Notes: generated by a model from the letters alone, not told the origin. Positions 1 through 8,852 are shown, numbered from the stretch's first letter. The stretch is 25,176 nucleotides of DNA from Acidobacteriota bacterium (GCA_031418635.1 JANOXW010000255.1:1-25176), one strand, 5' to 3'. Program-made: numbers and translations.

Positions 1-1
1 A

Positions 2-94
2 GAGCGTTACCGCAATCGGAGGAGACGACTCGGACTCAGATTTAATCTGATTTCAGGCATCTACAACTTTGAACTCAAAGCTCTCAAAATTTAA
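2..94 (+). mobile_element. C-terminal end of an IS5-family (ISL2/IS702-like, DDE_Tnp_4) transposase, truncated by the window edge
   Basis: Not in the ORF track. Frame 2 reads ERYRNRRRRLGLRFNLISGIYNFELKALKI* (TAA at 92-94), matching the characteristic RYRNRRKRFGLRFNLIAxIYNxEL tail of this transposase group. Confidence 0.85.
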
Positions 95-110
95 TTTCGC
101 AAGAGGTCTA
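95..110. mobile_element. Probable right terminal inverted repeat of the IS
   Basis: TTTCGCAAGAGGTCTA directly follows the transposase stop; its reverse complement TAGACCTCTTGCGAAA resembles IS ends I recall for this group. The left end is outside the window, so the pairing cannot be confirmed. Confidence 0.55.
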
Positions 111-116
111 TTCAAA

Positions 117-142
117 AATTCGCGTCAATTCGTGGACAAAAA
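117..142. repeat. Orphan half of a nonamer-based REP-like palindrome
   Basis: AATTCGCGTCAATTCGTGGACAAAAA has two ~9-nt AATTCG(C/T)G units like the right arm of the 1274-1339 hairpin; there is no complementary arm in the window. Confidence 0.5.
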
Positions 143-166
143 GTTTTAATACAAACTCAAGAATTT

Positions 167-1249
167 CTATGGTTTCGGCGGACGCTTATCAGCCGGCACA
201 TTTTTATAAACTTCATCGTAAGAAGCGTAACCGTCTTTGATAACCGTATCCATCAAATTATTTTTATCAACCACCTGAACTTCCAACAAAATCGCTTGAA
301 TATCCTTTTTGATATTGTCATTCGTAAAAGGTTTTGCGTCCGCCAAAGGTTCTTTTTTAGCCAACTTGATAGCGGCTTCAACGGCGGCATTTGCCAGTGG
401 AATAATCGGTTTATAGACTGTCATCGTTTGCTTACCTTCGGCAATACGTTGCAAAGCGTCTTTTTGCGCGTCTTGTCCGGTAACGAGAATTTTACCTGCC
501 AACCCGCGTTTTTCGAGCGCGGAAACGACACCGCCAGCCATTCCGTCGTTGGAAACGACAAACGCTTTGATATTGTCATTGTATTGCGTCAAATTATTTT
601 CCGCCATTTTTAAGGCTTCGTCGGGATTCCAATCGGTGATAAATTGGTCGGCAACGATTTTGATTTTTCCGCTGTCAAGTGCCGGTTGCAAAACGGCGAG
701 TTGCTCTTTTTTCATAATCACGGCGTTGTTGTCGGTTGAGGAACCATAAACCATCACATAATTTCCTTCCGGTGCATTTTTAAGTGCGTAATCAGCGATT
801 TTTTTACCGATAACCGGAACTTGATGCGAAATATAAAGGTCTATTTTGTCGGAATTTATCAAGCGGTCATAGCTGATAACCGGAACACCTTTTGCTTTTG
901 CTTTTTCAACCAAAGTCGCCGCTTGCGTTGCGTCTTGCGGCGCAATAACCAAAACATCAATGCCTTGTGTCAGAAGATTTTCGACATCGTTTGCCTGTTT
1001 ATCGGCTTTGTTGTCGGCAACCGGAACAAGACATTCGACGTTCATTTGTTTGCAATGCGCCTCGAAAGCGTCGTGGTCGCGTTGCCAGCGTTCCTCTTTG
1101 ACCGTCGCCATCGAAAAACCGATTTTGATTTTTTTATTCGGGTCTTTCGGCGCGTTTGTTTGCGCCGTATTACTTGTGTTTTGCGGTGCTTGCACACAAG
1201 CCGAAAGCAGAATGGCAAAAGCCAAAAATACTAAAAGTTTTAATCGCAT
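167..1249 (-). CDS. xylF: Monosaccharide ABC transporter substrate-binding lipoprotein, XylF/ChvE-like
   Basis: 360 aa; lipobox LSAC; XylF-type motifs ERWQRD, QIENLL-like QANDVENLL, VISYDRLI, VAxNDG-like VVSNDGMAGG, VTGQDA, QTMTVYKP; RBS AAGGAG upstream. Substrate is not proven. Confidence 0.9.
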   Translation of the reverse strand: MRLKLLVFLAFAILLSACVQAPQNTSNTAQTNAPKDPNKKIKIGFSMATVKEERWQRDHDAFEAHCKQMNVECLVPVADNKADKQANDVENLLTQGIDVLVIAPQDATQAATLVEKAKAKGVPVISYDRLINSDKIDLYISHQVPVIGKKIADYALKNAPEGNYVMVYGSSTDNNAVIMKKEQLAVLQPALDSGKIKIVADQFITDWNPDEALKMAENNLTQYNDNIKAFVVSNDGMAGGVVSALEKRGLAGKILVTGQDAQKDALQRIAEGKQTMTVYKPIIPLANAAVEAAIKLAKKEPLADAKPFTNDNIKKDIQAILLEVQVVDKNNLMDTVIKDGYASYDEVYKNVPADKRPPKP

Positions 1250-1273
1250 TAAAGAGTATCTCCTTTTTGTTTT

Positions 1274-1339
1274 TTAACCGTGAAATATACGAAAAATCAA
1301 ATAGATTTTTTTCTCGCTTTTCGCGTATTTCGCGGTTGA
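1274..1339. repeat. REP-like imperfect hairpin between xylH and xylF
   Basis: Left arm TTAACCGTGAAATATACGAAAA (1274-1295) pairs with right arm TTTTCGCGTATTTCGCGGTTGA (1318-1339); the mismatches are transitions. Confidence 0.75.
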
Positions 1340-1354
1340 ATATCTTCTCTGAAT

Positions 1355-2503
1355 TTAAGATTTCTTACCAATCATATCAACTCCGACGGCGGCAACCAAA
1401 ATCGAACCTTTGATTAGTTCCTGCATAAAGTCCCGCACGTTAAGAAGCGACATTCCGTTGTCCAAACTTGCCATAATCAACGCGCCCAGACACGCGCCGA
1501 AAATCGTGCCGCGTCCGCCCATCAAACTTGCGCCGCCGATAACGCACGCCGCAATCGCGTCCAATTCCTTCAAAACTCCGGCATTCGGCAAGGCATTTCC
1601 TTGTCGTGCCGTGAAAATTATCGCCGCTACACCAATCAGAAAACCAAGCAGAGCATAAACTTTCAAAATATTCAATTTTGTGTTAATGCCCGAAAGTCGC
1701 GCCGCATCTGCGTTGCCGCCGATAGCATAAAGATAACGCCCAAATGTTGTCGAATTGGTAATAAAAGTCCCGATTAGCGCGACGACGAGAAAAATCATCA
1801 CCGGAAGCGGAACACCGCCCGCCTTATTCATTACAGAAATAAAGCCGATAATCACTGCAATCGGCAAAATTGCTTTGAGTAGTTCGCCGCCGAGAGTTGC
1901 TTCGCCGAGTCCGTAAGTTTTCTGTGATTGAACACGGCGATAAACCAAAAATAGCAAAAACGCAATACCGATTGCTGCCAAAATCCAACCCGAAATCGGT
2001 GTCATATTGCCTTGTCCGATTAGCTTGAAGGTTTCATCGGAAATTGGTATGGTTTCCGAATTAGAAATGCCTTTTATCGCGCCACGCCACGCCAATAATC
2101 CACCCAAAGTTACGATAAACGCCGGAATATTGAAATAAGCCGTTAGAAAACCTTGAAATAAGCCGATTAAAACAGCAACGGCAATCGCCACCGCAAACGC
2201 CGGAAGCAGTCCGTAACCTTGATTAGTGATCAAAATCGCCGCAATTCCGCCGGCAAGTCCCATTACCGAACCAATTGACAAGTCAATGTTTCCTGAAACA
2301 ATGACCATCAACATTCCAACCGCCAAAATGCCCGTAACCGACATCTGCAGCAACAAATTGGAAAGATTGCGCGGATCTAGAAAGACTCCGTTCGTCTGCC
2401 ATTGAAAGAAAAGCCAAATCAAAACCATCGCGCCAAGCATCGTATAAGCCCGAAGCGATGTAGTTTCTATCTTAAAGCCCGTTTTTTCTATTGTTTCACT
2501 CAT
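1355..2503 (-). CDS. xylH: Sugar ABC transporter permease, XylH/GguB-like
   Basis: 382 aa; many TM segments; motifs IVSGNIDLSIGS, IPAFIVTLGG, TTFGRYLYAIGGN, ELDAIAACVIGGASLMGG. Confidence 0.92.
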   Translation of the reverse strand: MSETIEKTGFKIETTSLRAYTMLGAMVLIWLFFQWQTNGVFLDPRNLSNLLLQMSVTGILAVGMLMVIVSGNIDLSIGSVMGLAGGIAAILITNQGYGLLPAFAVAIAVAVLIGLFQGFLTAYFNIPAFIVTLGGLLAWRGAIKGISNSETIPISDETFKLIGQGNMTPISGWILAAIGIAFLLFLVYRRVQSQKTYGLGEATLGGELLKAILPIAVIIGFISVMNKAGGVPLPVMIFLVVALIGTFITNSTTFGRYLYAIGGNADAARLSGINTKLNILKVYALLGFLIGVAAIIFTARQGNALPNAGVLKELDAIAACVIGGASLMGGRGTIFGACLGALIMASLDNGMSLLNVRDFMQELIKGSILVAAVGVDMIGKKS

Positions 2504-2507
2504 CTTT

Positions 2508-2894
2508 TTAGTTTATTTGGTCTGATTCCAAATCAGTCACCGGCAGTTCAGTCATCCGAATTCGGTTTTCTTCAACAACGGAAAAATGTCCGTGCCAATC
2601 ATCACGAGATTCGAGTGCAGTAACGGCGAAAGTTGCAATATGCGCTACCGATTTCGGAACAATGCGAAATAAAATTATGCCGATTTTTGCTGTGTTCAAC
2701 CGTTGTTTGAAAGCAAGTTCACCGAAATCTTTGTCAAATGTTATAAGTAATCGTCATTCGGTTTAGGCAATTCGTAAAACTTCCACGTCAGCGATGCCGG
2801 GTTTTTCTTCCCTCACCCAAAAAAGATTGTGTCCGCGTTCTCGTAATGCGTCAACCGCATCTTTCGGGAAATTTTCATTGGCTAAAATTCGCAT
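2508..2894 (-). pseudogene. DUF5615-family PIN-like (VapC45-type) toxin, inactivated by two in-frame stops
   Basis: From ATG 2894 the frame reads MRILANENFPKDAVDALRERGHNLFWVREEKPGIADVEVLRIA*TE*RLLITFDKDFGELAFKQR...GIILFRI...WHGHFSVVEENRIRMTELP. Stops are TAA at 2763-2765 and TGA at 2754-2756. The start overlaps the DUF433 stop (TAATG). The 63-aa track ORF is its C-terminal half. Confidence 0.88.
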
Positions 2895-3124
2895 TATTGA
2901 ACGTGCAAAGGATAAACTTTTTCAGCTTTTAGAGTTGCGCCTGCATATTGCAAGCAAGCCACAATATCTTCGTGCGTAATGCCCGGATAATTGCGGAAAA
3001 TTTCCGCTTCAGTCCATTCGTTTGCTAATAATTCAATAATAAACTCAACCGCCAATCTCGTATTTTTTATCACCGGCTTGCCTGTCAAAACAGTCGGGTC
3101 AACCGTAATTCTTTCTTGCCACAT
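2894..3124 (-). CDS. DUF433-family antitoxin (VapB45-like)
   Basis: 76 aa; RITVDPTVLTGKPVIKNTRLAVEFIIELLA...YPGITHEDIVACLQYA is the DUF433 signature; RBS GGAGG; coupled to the PIN gene. Confidence 0.92.
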   Translation of the reverse strand: MWQERITVDPTVLTGKPVIKNTRLAVEFIIELLANEWTEAEIFRNYPGITHEDIVACLQYAGATLKAEKVYPLHVQ

Positions 3125-3137
3125 CTTGCCTCCAAGT

Positions 3138-3387
3138 TTATTTGTCGTTATTTTTCCGAATTTTTATCGCTTCAATATCAAGCGGTTTCGATTCGCCGTT
3201 TTGCGATTGTTCAAAACCTCGCAAAATGTGTGCTCGAAGTTTTTTAATACGCATTTTCTTTAATACTTCTTGTTCTTTCAAAAGCCGCAAACCATCTCGC
3301 ACGACTTCGCTTGCTGAAAAATACATTCTACTGGCAACCAATTCGCCGACAAAATTTTCAAGTTCTTTATGTTAATGAAACATTCAT
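3138..3387 (-). pseudogene. parD: ParD-family ribbon-helix-helix antitoxin with a +1 frameshift and probably a truncated C-terminus
   Basis: ATG 3387 gives MNVSLT then TAA. Removing one base near 3369 restores KELENFVGELVASRMYFSASEVVRDGLRLLKEQE..., the ParD pattern MNVSLTxELExFV...YxSASEVVRxGLRLL. No parE follows. Confidence 0.85.
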
Positions 3388-3443
3388 AAAATTTACTTCT
3401 GTATTGAAGAAAATTTTACCATTGAATAACACTTATTGCTATC

Positions 3444-3515
3444 AAAAGTGAAAAAGTGGAAATGTGCAAATGTAAAAAAGCCGGTAGCGAAAAGCAACAA
3501 AACTTTTTCACTTTT
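3444..3515. repeat. Octamer-built inverted repeat just downstream of xylG
   Basis: Perfect 14-bp arms AAAAGTGAAAAAGT (3444-3457) and ACTTTTTCACTTTT (3502-3515). The left side continues as degenerate 8-mers (AAAGTGAA AAAGTGGA AATGTGCA AATGTAAA). Confidence 0.7.
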
Positions 3516-3527
3516 ACCCTTTTTCAG

Positions 3528-5051
3528 TCAAACCATTACTTTCGATTCGCCCGTCGCCGCGACCATCACTTTTTCAGGTGTAGCTTCGGTGCGTGAAAAT
3601 TCGCCTGTTAATTTGCCCTCGTGCAGAACTAAAACTCGGTCCGACAAGCCCAAAACTTCGGGCAATTCTGACGAAACCATAACGATTGCCAAACCTTCTT
3701 TGGCAAGTTTGTTGATTTCGGCATAGATTTCCTGCTTTGCGCCGACATCAATGCCGCGTGTCGGTTCGTCTAAAAACAAAACTTTCGGATTGGTCAAAAG
3801 CCATTTTCCCAACACGACTTTTTGCTGATTTCCGCCCGAAAGTGTTCCTGCAATTGTCATCGGCGAATTGGCTTTGACATGCAAGGATTGCATAACTTTT
3901 TTGGTCGCAATAGTTTCACGCGAAAGATTGGTCAAAAATGCGCCCGAAATTTGTTTTAATCCGGCAAGCGTCGAATTATCCAAAATCGTCTGTTCCAAAA
4001 TTAAACCGAACCGCTTTCTGTCTTCGGTAACAAAACCGATGCCGTTTTTTATCGCGTCCAAAGGCGAATTTATTTTTGTTTGTTCTCCTTCGACAAAAAT
4101 CTTGCACGAATTTTTGCCTTGCCACGCGCCGAAAATCGTCATCAAAAGTTCGCTTCGTCCTGCGCCCATCAATCCGGCAATGCCGAGGACTTCGCCTTTT
4201 TTGACGGAAAAAGAAACATCATCAACGAGCTTTTTGTTCGGATTATCAGCGTCAAAAGCAACTAGATTTTTGACTTCCAAAACCGTTTCGCCGAATTCGT
4301 GCAAGGCTTGGGGGAAAATATCGCCGACCTCACGCCCGACCATTAAGGCAATAACCTTATTTTTATCCAACGCCGAAGCATTTTCCGTCCCGACTGTTTT
4401 TCCGTCGCGCAAAACCGTGATTCGGTCGCTCATCATAAACACTTCGTCGAGTTTGTGCGAAATGTAAATCATTCCGACACCGCGCGATTTCAAATCTTTA
4501 AGGATGGTAAAAAGCGTTTCAACTTCCGATTCGGTCAGCGCGGCAGTCGGTTCGTCGAGAACTAAAATTTTCGCTTTTTGGGAAAGTGCTTTGGCAATTT
4601 CGACGAGTTGTTGTTGCCCGATGCCGAGATTTCCAACCTTTGTGCGCGGATTCAGCGGCAGATTCAAATCCTTTAAAAGTTGCGAAGATTTTTGATAAAT
4701 TTCCGCCCAATTTATGACACCGAAGCGATTCGGTTCTTTTCCCAAAAAGATATTTTCGGCAACGGTTAATTCTTTTACTAACGATAATTCTTGAAAAATA
4801 ATAGCGATTCCGGCTTCTTCGGCTTGGCGTATGTTTTGAAACTGTCTGACTTCACCTTCAACAGCAATATCGCCGCCGTAAGTTCCGAACGGATAAACGC
4901 CCGACAAAACCTTCATCAAAGTAGATTTGCCCGCGCCGTTCTCGCCGACCAGCGCGTGAAATTCGCCTTCGTGCAAATCGAAAGTTACACCGTCCAAAGC
5001 CTTTACGCCCGGAAATTCCTTTGTGATTTGCCTCATTTCGAGCAACGCCAT
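3528..5051 (-). CDS. xylG: Sugar ABC transporter ATP-binding protein with two NBDs, XylG-like
   Basis: Walker A GENGAGKS; LDEPT twice; LSGGNQQKVVLGKWL; DEPTRGIDVGAK. Likely start is ATG 5051 (MALLEMRQITK), not TTG 5099. Confidence 0.95.
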   Translation of the reverse strand: MALLEMRQITKEFPGVKALDGVTFDLHEGEFHALVGENGAGKSTLMKVLSGVYPFGTYGGDIAVEGEVRQFQNIRQAEEAGIAIIFQELSLVKELTVAENIFLGKEPNRFGVINWAEIYQKSSQLLKDLNLPLNPRTKVGNLGIGQQQLVEIAKALSQKAKILVLDEPTAALTESEVETLFTILKDLKSRGVGMIYISHKLDEVFMMSDRITVLRDGKTVGTENASALDKNKVIALMVGREVGDIFPQALHEFGETVLEVKNLVAFDADNPNKKLVDDVSFSVKKGEVLGIAGLMGAGRSELLMTIFGAWQGKNSCKIFVEGEQTKINSPLDAIKNGIGFVTEDRKRFGLILEQTILDNSTLAGLKQISGAFLTNLSRETIATKKVMQSLHVKANSPMTIAGTLSGGNQQKVVLGKWLLTNPKVLFLDEPTRGIDVGAKQEIYAEINKLAKEGLAIVMVSSELPEVLGLSDRVLVLHEGKLTGEFSRTEATPEKVMVAATGESKVMV

Positions 5052-5111
5052 AATTATTTTTAGAAAAATATATTTGTTTGGTTTTACCAATAATCCCAAA
5101 CTTTTACAAAT

Positions 5112-6470
5112 TTAATATAAAGAAATTCGCTTTAATGCCCGATGGATTTCAGGATTTTGCATAAACCATTGCCAATTTTTTCTGGTTCGCAAATTTTCCG
5201 CGCTCAACAGCGTAATGCCGACATCAATGCCAATGACATATTGATTTACCCAACCGTTATTCGGATTAAAAGCGTCGGCAAATCCATAATTTCCATAAAT
5301 TGTTTTTCCGAACCGCGATTTCATTTCTAAAAGCGCGGGCAGTGTAATTTCCGGCATAAACATCAGCGAACCGGCGGGCGCACACGGCACGACTGTTCCG
5401 TCAATTGCCGCATCACGCGGCGGTGCGCCCCAAGCAATATAACCTTTTTGACTGTCCGAAGCCGTCAAGCCCCAAATGTTTTCCGAATAGCCCGCAAATT
5501 GTTTGGTCAAAGTCTGGAAAAAGGCTTTCTGCGCTTTAGTTGCGTTGACCGAATTTTCAAAATAATCGGTGTATGGACGACGGCGTTCACGTTTCCCGCG
5601 AAAATCAATCCAAGCGTGTGAATATTGGTGAATAAAAAGCGGCGAAACGGCGGCAAGATAACGATAGCCGTAAAATGTGCGCCATTCTCTTTTCCAAGCA
5701 TACCAAACTTTCGGCGAAACCGAATGCGTCGGCGAACCGATTGCCAAAATATACAACAACATCTGTTCGCTGTAATCTCTCCAACGCGCCGTTAAAAATC
5801 CCGTTTCAGGCTTCCAGCCGTGCGAAAAAAGATTTGAACTTCCCGCCAACATCCACGGAAAATCAACTCTTTCGTAAATCTGTGTGGCTAACTTAACGAT
5901 TTCTTTATCGTCCGAAAAACATTGCCGCACGGTTAAAACTCCGCCAAGCAGAAGCGTGGTATCAATCGAAGAAATCTCGCTGTTCCAACGCCGTTCGCCC
6001 GTCTGTTTGTCCAACCAATGATAAAACCAACCGTTTTTATGCGGTGCGCGATTGAGCAAAAAATCGAGCGATTTTCGGGCGCGTTCTTTGGCTTCGACAG
6101 ATGTTACCCAATTATTATCTGCCGCAATGCACAAACCCGACAAACCGAAACCTTCCGCGCCAACACTAGCAATATTATAACTCGGATGCGTTGTTGGTAA
6201 AGGCTTTCCGTCAGTTCGTGCGCGGTCAAGCGTCAAACCCGTTTCCGCGTCGGATTGTTCCCAAAAATAAAGAAAAGCGCGATGTTCTAAATCTTCTAAA
6301 AAAGCCTCGTCGGTTTCTGTTAGCTGATAAACCTTTGGCTTTTGTTTTCTGCTTTGACGACTTTGCGCTGTCGCAAAATTGTTGCCGACAAACGACAGCA
6401 AAAGCAAAAACAAAGTGAGAAAATAGCTCAAACGCAGTAAGCTGTTTTTCTCAGGTAATCGAAAATTCAT
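5112..6470 (-). CDS. Secreted Glycoamylase-domain (PF10091-type) glycoside hydrolase, GH144-like endo-beta-1,2-glucanase
   Basis: 452 aa; signal peptide; motifs RAFLYFWEQ, GFGLS, EISSIDT, DYSEQMLLYILAIGSP, PLFIHQYSHAWIDFR, WGLTASD, DGTVVP, YGFADAFNP, IGIDVG. The exact subfamily within the beta-1,2-glucanase clan is not resolvable by eye. Confidence 0.8.
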   Translation of the reverse strand: MNFRLPEKNSLLRLSYFLTLFLLLLSFVGNNFATAQSRQSRKQKPKVYQLTETDEAFLEDLEHRAFLYFWEQSDAETGLTLDRARTDGKPLPTTHPSYNIASVGAEGFGLSGLCIAADNNWVTSVEAKERARKSLDFLLNRAPHKNGWFYHWLDKQTGERRWNSEISSIDTTLLLGGVLTVRQCFSDDKEIVKLATQIYERVDFPWMLAGSSNLFSHGWKPETGFLTARWRDYSEQMLLYILAIGSPTHSVSPKVWYAWKREWRTFYGYRYLAAVSPLFIHQYSHAWIDFRGKRERRRPYTDYFENSVNATKAQKAFFQTLTKQFAGYSENIWGLTASDSQKGYIAWGAPPRDAAIDGTVVPCAPAGSLMFMPEITLPALLEMKSRFGKTIYGNYGFADAFNPNNGWVNQYVIGIDVGITLLSAENLRTRKNWQWFMQNPEIHRALKRISLY

Positions 6471-6474
6471 AAAC

Positions 6475-8688
6475 TTATTTTCCGGTTATAGTAAAATCGC
6501 CTTCCAATCCGTCAAGTGAATTGTCTCCGACATAAACTTTAAAATCTCCCGGTTCGACGACAAATTTCATCTGCGCGTTGTAAAAGCCGAGATGTTCGGG
6601 CTTGAGCGTAAAAGTAACGGTTTTCTTTTCGCCTGATTTCAACGTAATTCTTTGAAAACCTTTTAATTCACGAACCACCGGCGAAATACTCGCCACCATA
6701 TCGCGGATGTAAAGTTGAACGACTTCATCGCCCGTTTTTTTGCCCGTATTTTCTACGTCAACTATAACATTTAACGAACCGTCAGGGCGAATTTGCTTCG
6801 CGCTCAAACGCAAATTTTGCATACGAAACTTTGTATAACTCAAGCCGTAACCAAACGGATAAAGCGGCGTGTTCGGAATATCAAGATATTTTGAAGTGTA
6901 TTTGTTTTCGGCTTCAAACGGTCTGCCCGTGTTTCTGTGATTGTAAAAAATCGGAATTTGTCCGACGCTACGGGGAAATGTAACAGGCAATTTTCCGCCC
7001 GGATTTGCGTCGCCGAAAAGCGTATCGGCAATCGCGTTGCCGCCTTCTGTTCCCGCAAACCACGTTTCCAAAATCGCGGGCGACATTTCCGCCAACCAAT
7101 TTATCGTCAAAGGTCTGCCGTTCATCAGAACAACCGCGTAAGGCTTGCCGATGGAGTGAATCGCTTTGACCAAATCGAGTTGCTTGCCGGGCAAATCGAG
7201 CGAACTGCGCGACGACGCTTCGCCACTCATTCCCGCGTCTTCGCCAACTACCAAAATCGTAAAATCAGAATCTGTTGCGGCATTTACCGCGTCTTGAAAA
7301 TCGTCGAAATTTTCGCAAGCTATTTCGCAACCTTTCGCATAATTGATTTTTGCATTGTTTCCGAGTTTGTTTTTGATGCCTTGCAAAACCGTAACGGCAT
7401 CTTCGTCGCGCCCGTCGCCTGCCCACGAACCGTTCATAATTCGCTGATTATCGGCAAGCGCACCGATAACCGCGACGGATTTGATGTTTTTGGAAATTGG
7501 CAGAGTTTCGTTGTCATTTTTCAACAAAACAAATGATTTATTAGCAATCTCACGGGCGGTTCTTCGATTTTCAGCAGTTAATAAAGTTTTGCCTTCTAAA
7601 CTTTCATCGGTAAAAGGTTTGTCAAAAAGTCCGAGTCGAAATTTAATCCGTAAAATTCGGCGCACGGCTTCATCAATCGTCGGCATCGAAAGTCGTTTGT
7701 CTTTAACGAGTTCTGCGCCTGTTCGATTGTAAAAACGGCTGACCATTTCCATATCAACACCCGCGTTGAGCGCGAGTTGCGCCGCGTCCGCTTCGTCTTT
7801 TGCATAGCCGTGTTTCAACAGTTCCATTACGGCGGTATAATCGCTGACAACAAAACCATCAAATTTCCACTGACCACGCAAAACGTCCGTCAAAGTCCAA
7901 CGATTTCCCGAAGTCGGAACGCCGTTGAGATCATTAAACGCGCTCATAAATGTTCCAACACCCGCATCTTTGGCGGCTTTGAACGGCGGAAAATAAATAT
8001 TATACAAAGTGTTTTCGGAAATATCAGTCGTGTTGTAATCGCGCCCGCCAAAAGCCGCGCCGTAGCCAACCCAATGTTTGGCACAAGCGACAACTCGATC
8101 ATTCGCGCTGTAATCTTTTCCCTGAAAACCAAGCACACGCGCTCGCGCAAACTCCGCGCCCAGAAATGTATCTTCGCCCGCGCCTTCGACAATTCTTCCC
8201 CAACGCGGATCGCGGGCAATATCAACCATCGGCGCAAACGTCCACGCCACGCCAGCCGCACGAGATTCTTTTGCCGCGATATACGCCGAAAGTTCAGCAA
8301 GTTTTATATCAAAAGTCGCCGCCTCGCCAAGCGGCACGGGAAAAATCGTGCGATAGCCGTGAATCACGTCAAACGCGAAAAGATGTGGAATCTTTAAACG
8401 CGATTTCATCGCCTCCCGCTGTAATTCATTGACTTTTGCTGCGCCACGCACATTTAAAGTCGAACCGAGCAAGCCGTTTTTGACAAGTTCGAAATGTTCG
8501 GGACGAGAGTTTCCGTTCGCCTCGCCGTCCAAAATTTGAAGTTGTCCGAGTTTTTCCGCCAAAGTCATTTTGGCAATCAAGGCATTGACTTTTCTTTCGA
8601 TGTCCGCCTGTTTTGTTTGTGCGGAAATTGAAAAAGCAAAAAGAATGAGTAGCAAAAAGATGATAAATCTCGTTTTATTTAATCGCAT
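6475..8688 (-). CDS. bglX: Periplasmic GH3 beta-glucosidase, BglX-like
   Basis: Likely start ATG 8688 (MRLNKTRF..., signal peptide); DVIHG, RDPRWGRIVEGAGED, ACAKHW, nucleophile motif VVSDY, GEASSRSSLDLPG, YPFGYGLSY, C-terminal Fn3-like domain. Confidence 0.95.
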   Translation of the reverse strand: MRLNKTRFIIFLLLILFAFSISAQTKQADIERKVNALIAKMTLAEKLGQLQILDGEANGNSRPEHFELVKNGLLGSTLNVRGAAKVNELQREAMKSRLKIPHLFAFDVIHGYRTIFPVPLGEAATFDIKLAELSAYIAAKESRAAGVAWTFAPMVDIARDPRWGRIVEGAGEDTFLGAEFARARVLGFQGKDYSANDRVVACAKHWVGYGAAFGGRDYNTTDISENTLYNIYFPPFKAAKDAGVGTFMSAFNDLNGVPTSGNRWTLTDVLRGQWKFDGFVVSDYTAVMELLKHGYAKDEADAAQLALNAGVDMEMVSRFYNRTGAELVKDKRLSMPTIDEAVRRILRIKFRLGLFDKPFTDESLEGKTLLTAENRRTAREIANKSFVLLKNDNETLPISKNIKSVAVIGALADNQRIMNGSWAGDGRDEDAVTVLQGIKNKLGNNAKINYAKGCEIACENFDDFQDAVNAATDSDFTILVVGEDAGMSGEASSRSSLDLPGKQLDLVKAIHSIGKPYAVVLMNGRPLTINWLAEMSPAILETWFAGTEGGNAIADTLFGDANPGGKLPVTFPRSVGQIPIFYNHRNTGRPFEAENKYTSKYLDIPNTPLYPFGYGLSYTKFRMQNLRLSAKQIRPDGSLNVIVDVENTGKKTGDEVVQLYIRDMVASISPVVRELKGFQRITLKSGEKKTVTFTLKPEHLGFYNAQMKFVVEPGDFKVYVGDNSLDGLEGDFTITGK

Positions 8689-8723
8689 ATTTGTTCCCTT
8701 TGGCTTTGAAACTTGTTTAGATA

Positions 8724-8741
8724 TACTAAAACCATTGTGCT
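8724..8741. promoter_or_regulatory. Possible weak LacI operator upstream of bglX
   Basis: TACTAAAACCATTGTGCT matches the reverse complement of operator 2 (TACTAAAACGATTTAGTG) at 13 of 18 positions but lacks the central CG. Confidence 0.3.
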
Positions 8742-8852
8742 GATAGTAGATTGACAATTTAAAATCATATTTAAACCGCAGATGAAAATAGATAAACATA
8801 TGATAAGAAAAGGCGCCAATACAAAAACGACTTTGCGTAAGATAAATTATTA

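Noticed and set aside
2754-2765. Stop-codon reassignment or programmed readthrough in the PIN gene
   Set aside because: Two different stops are involved, and TAA, TGA and TAG all end normal genes here (for example VPS10, xylG, xylF). Pseudogenisation is simpler.
5112-6470. True glucoamylase (starch-degrading GH15)
   Set aside because: The motifs match the Glycoamylase/GH144-like family, whose characterised members act on beta-1,2-glucan; the partner gene is a beta-glucosidase.
8689-8799. N-terminal extensions in the ORF track (bglX from 8799; likewise xylG 5099, TBDR 13803, CHAT 21581)
   Set aside because: Downstream ATGs give proper signal peptides, family-typical N-termini or better RBS spacing.
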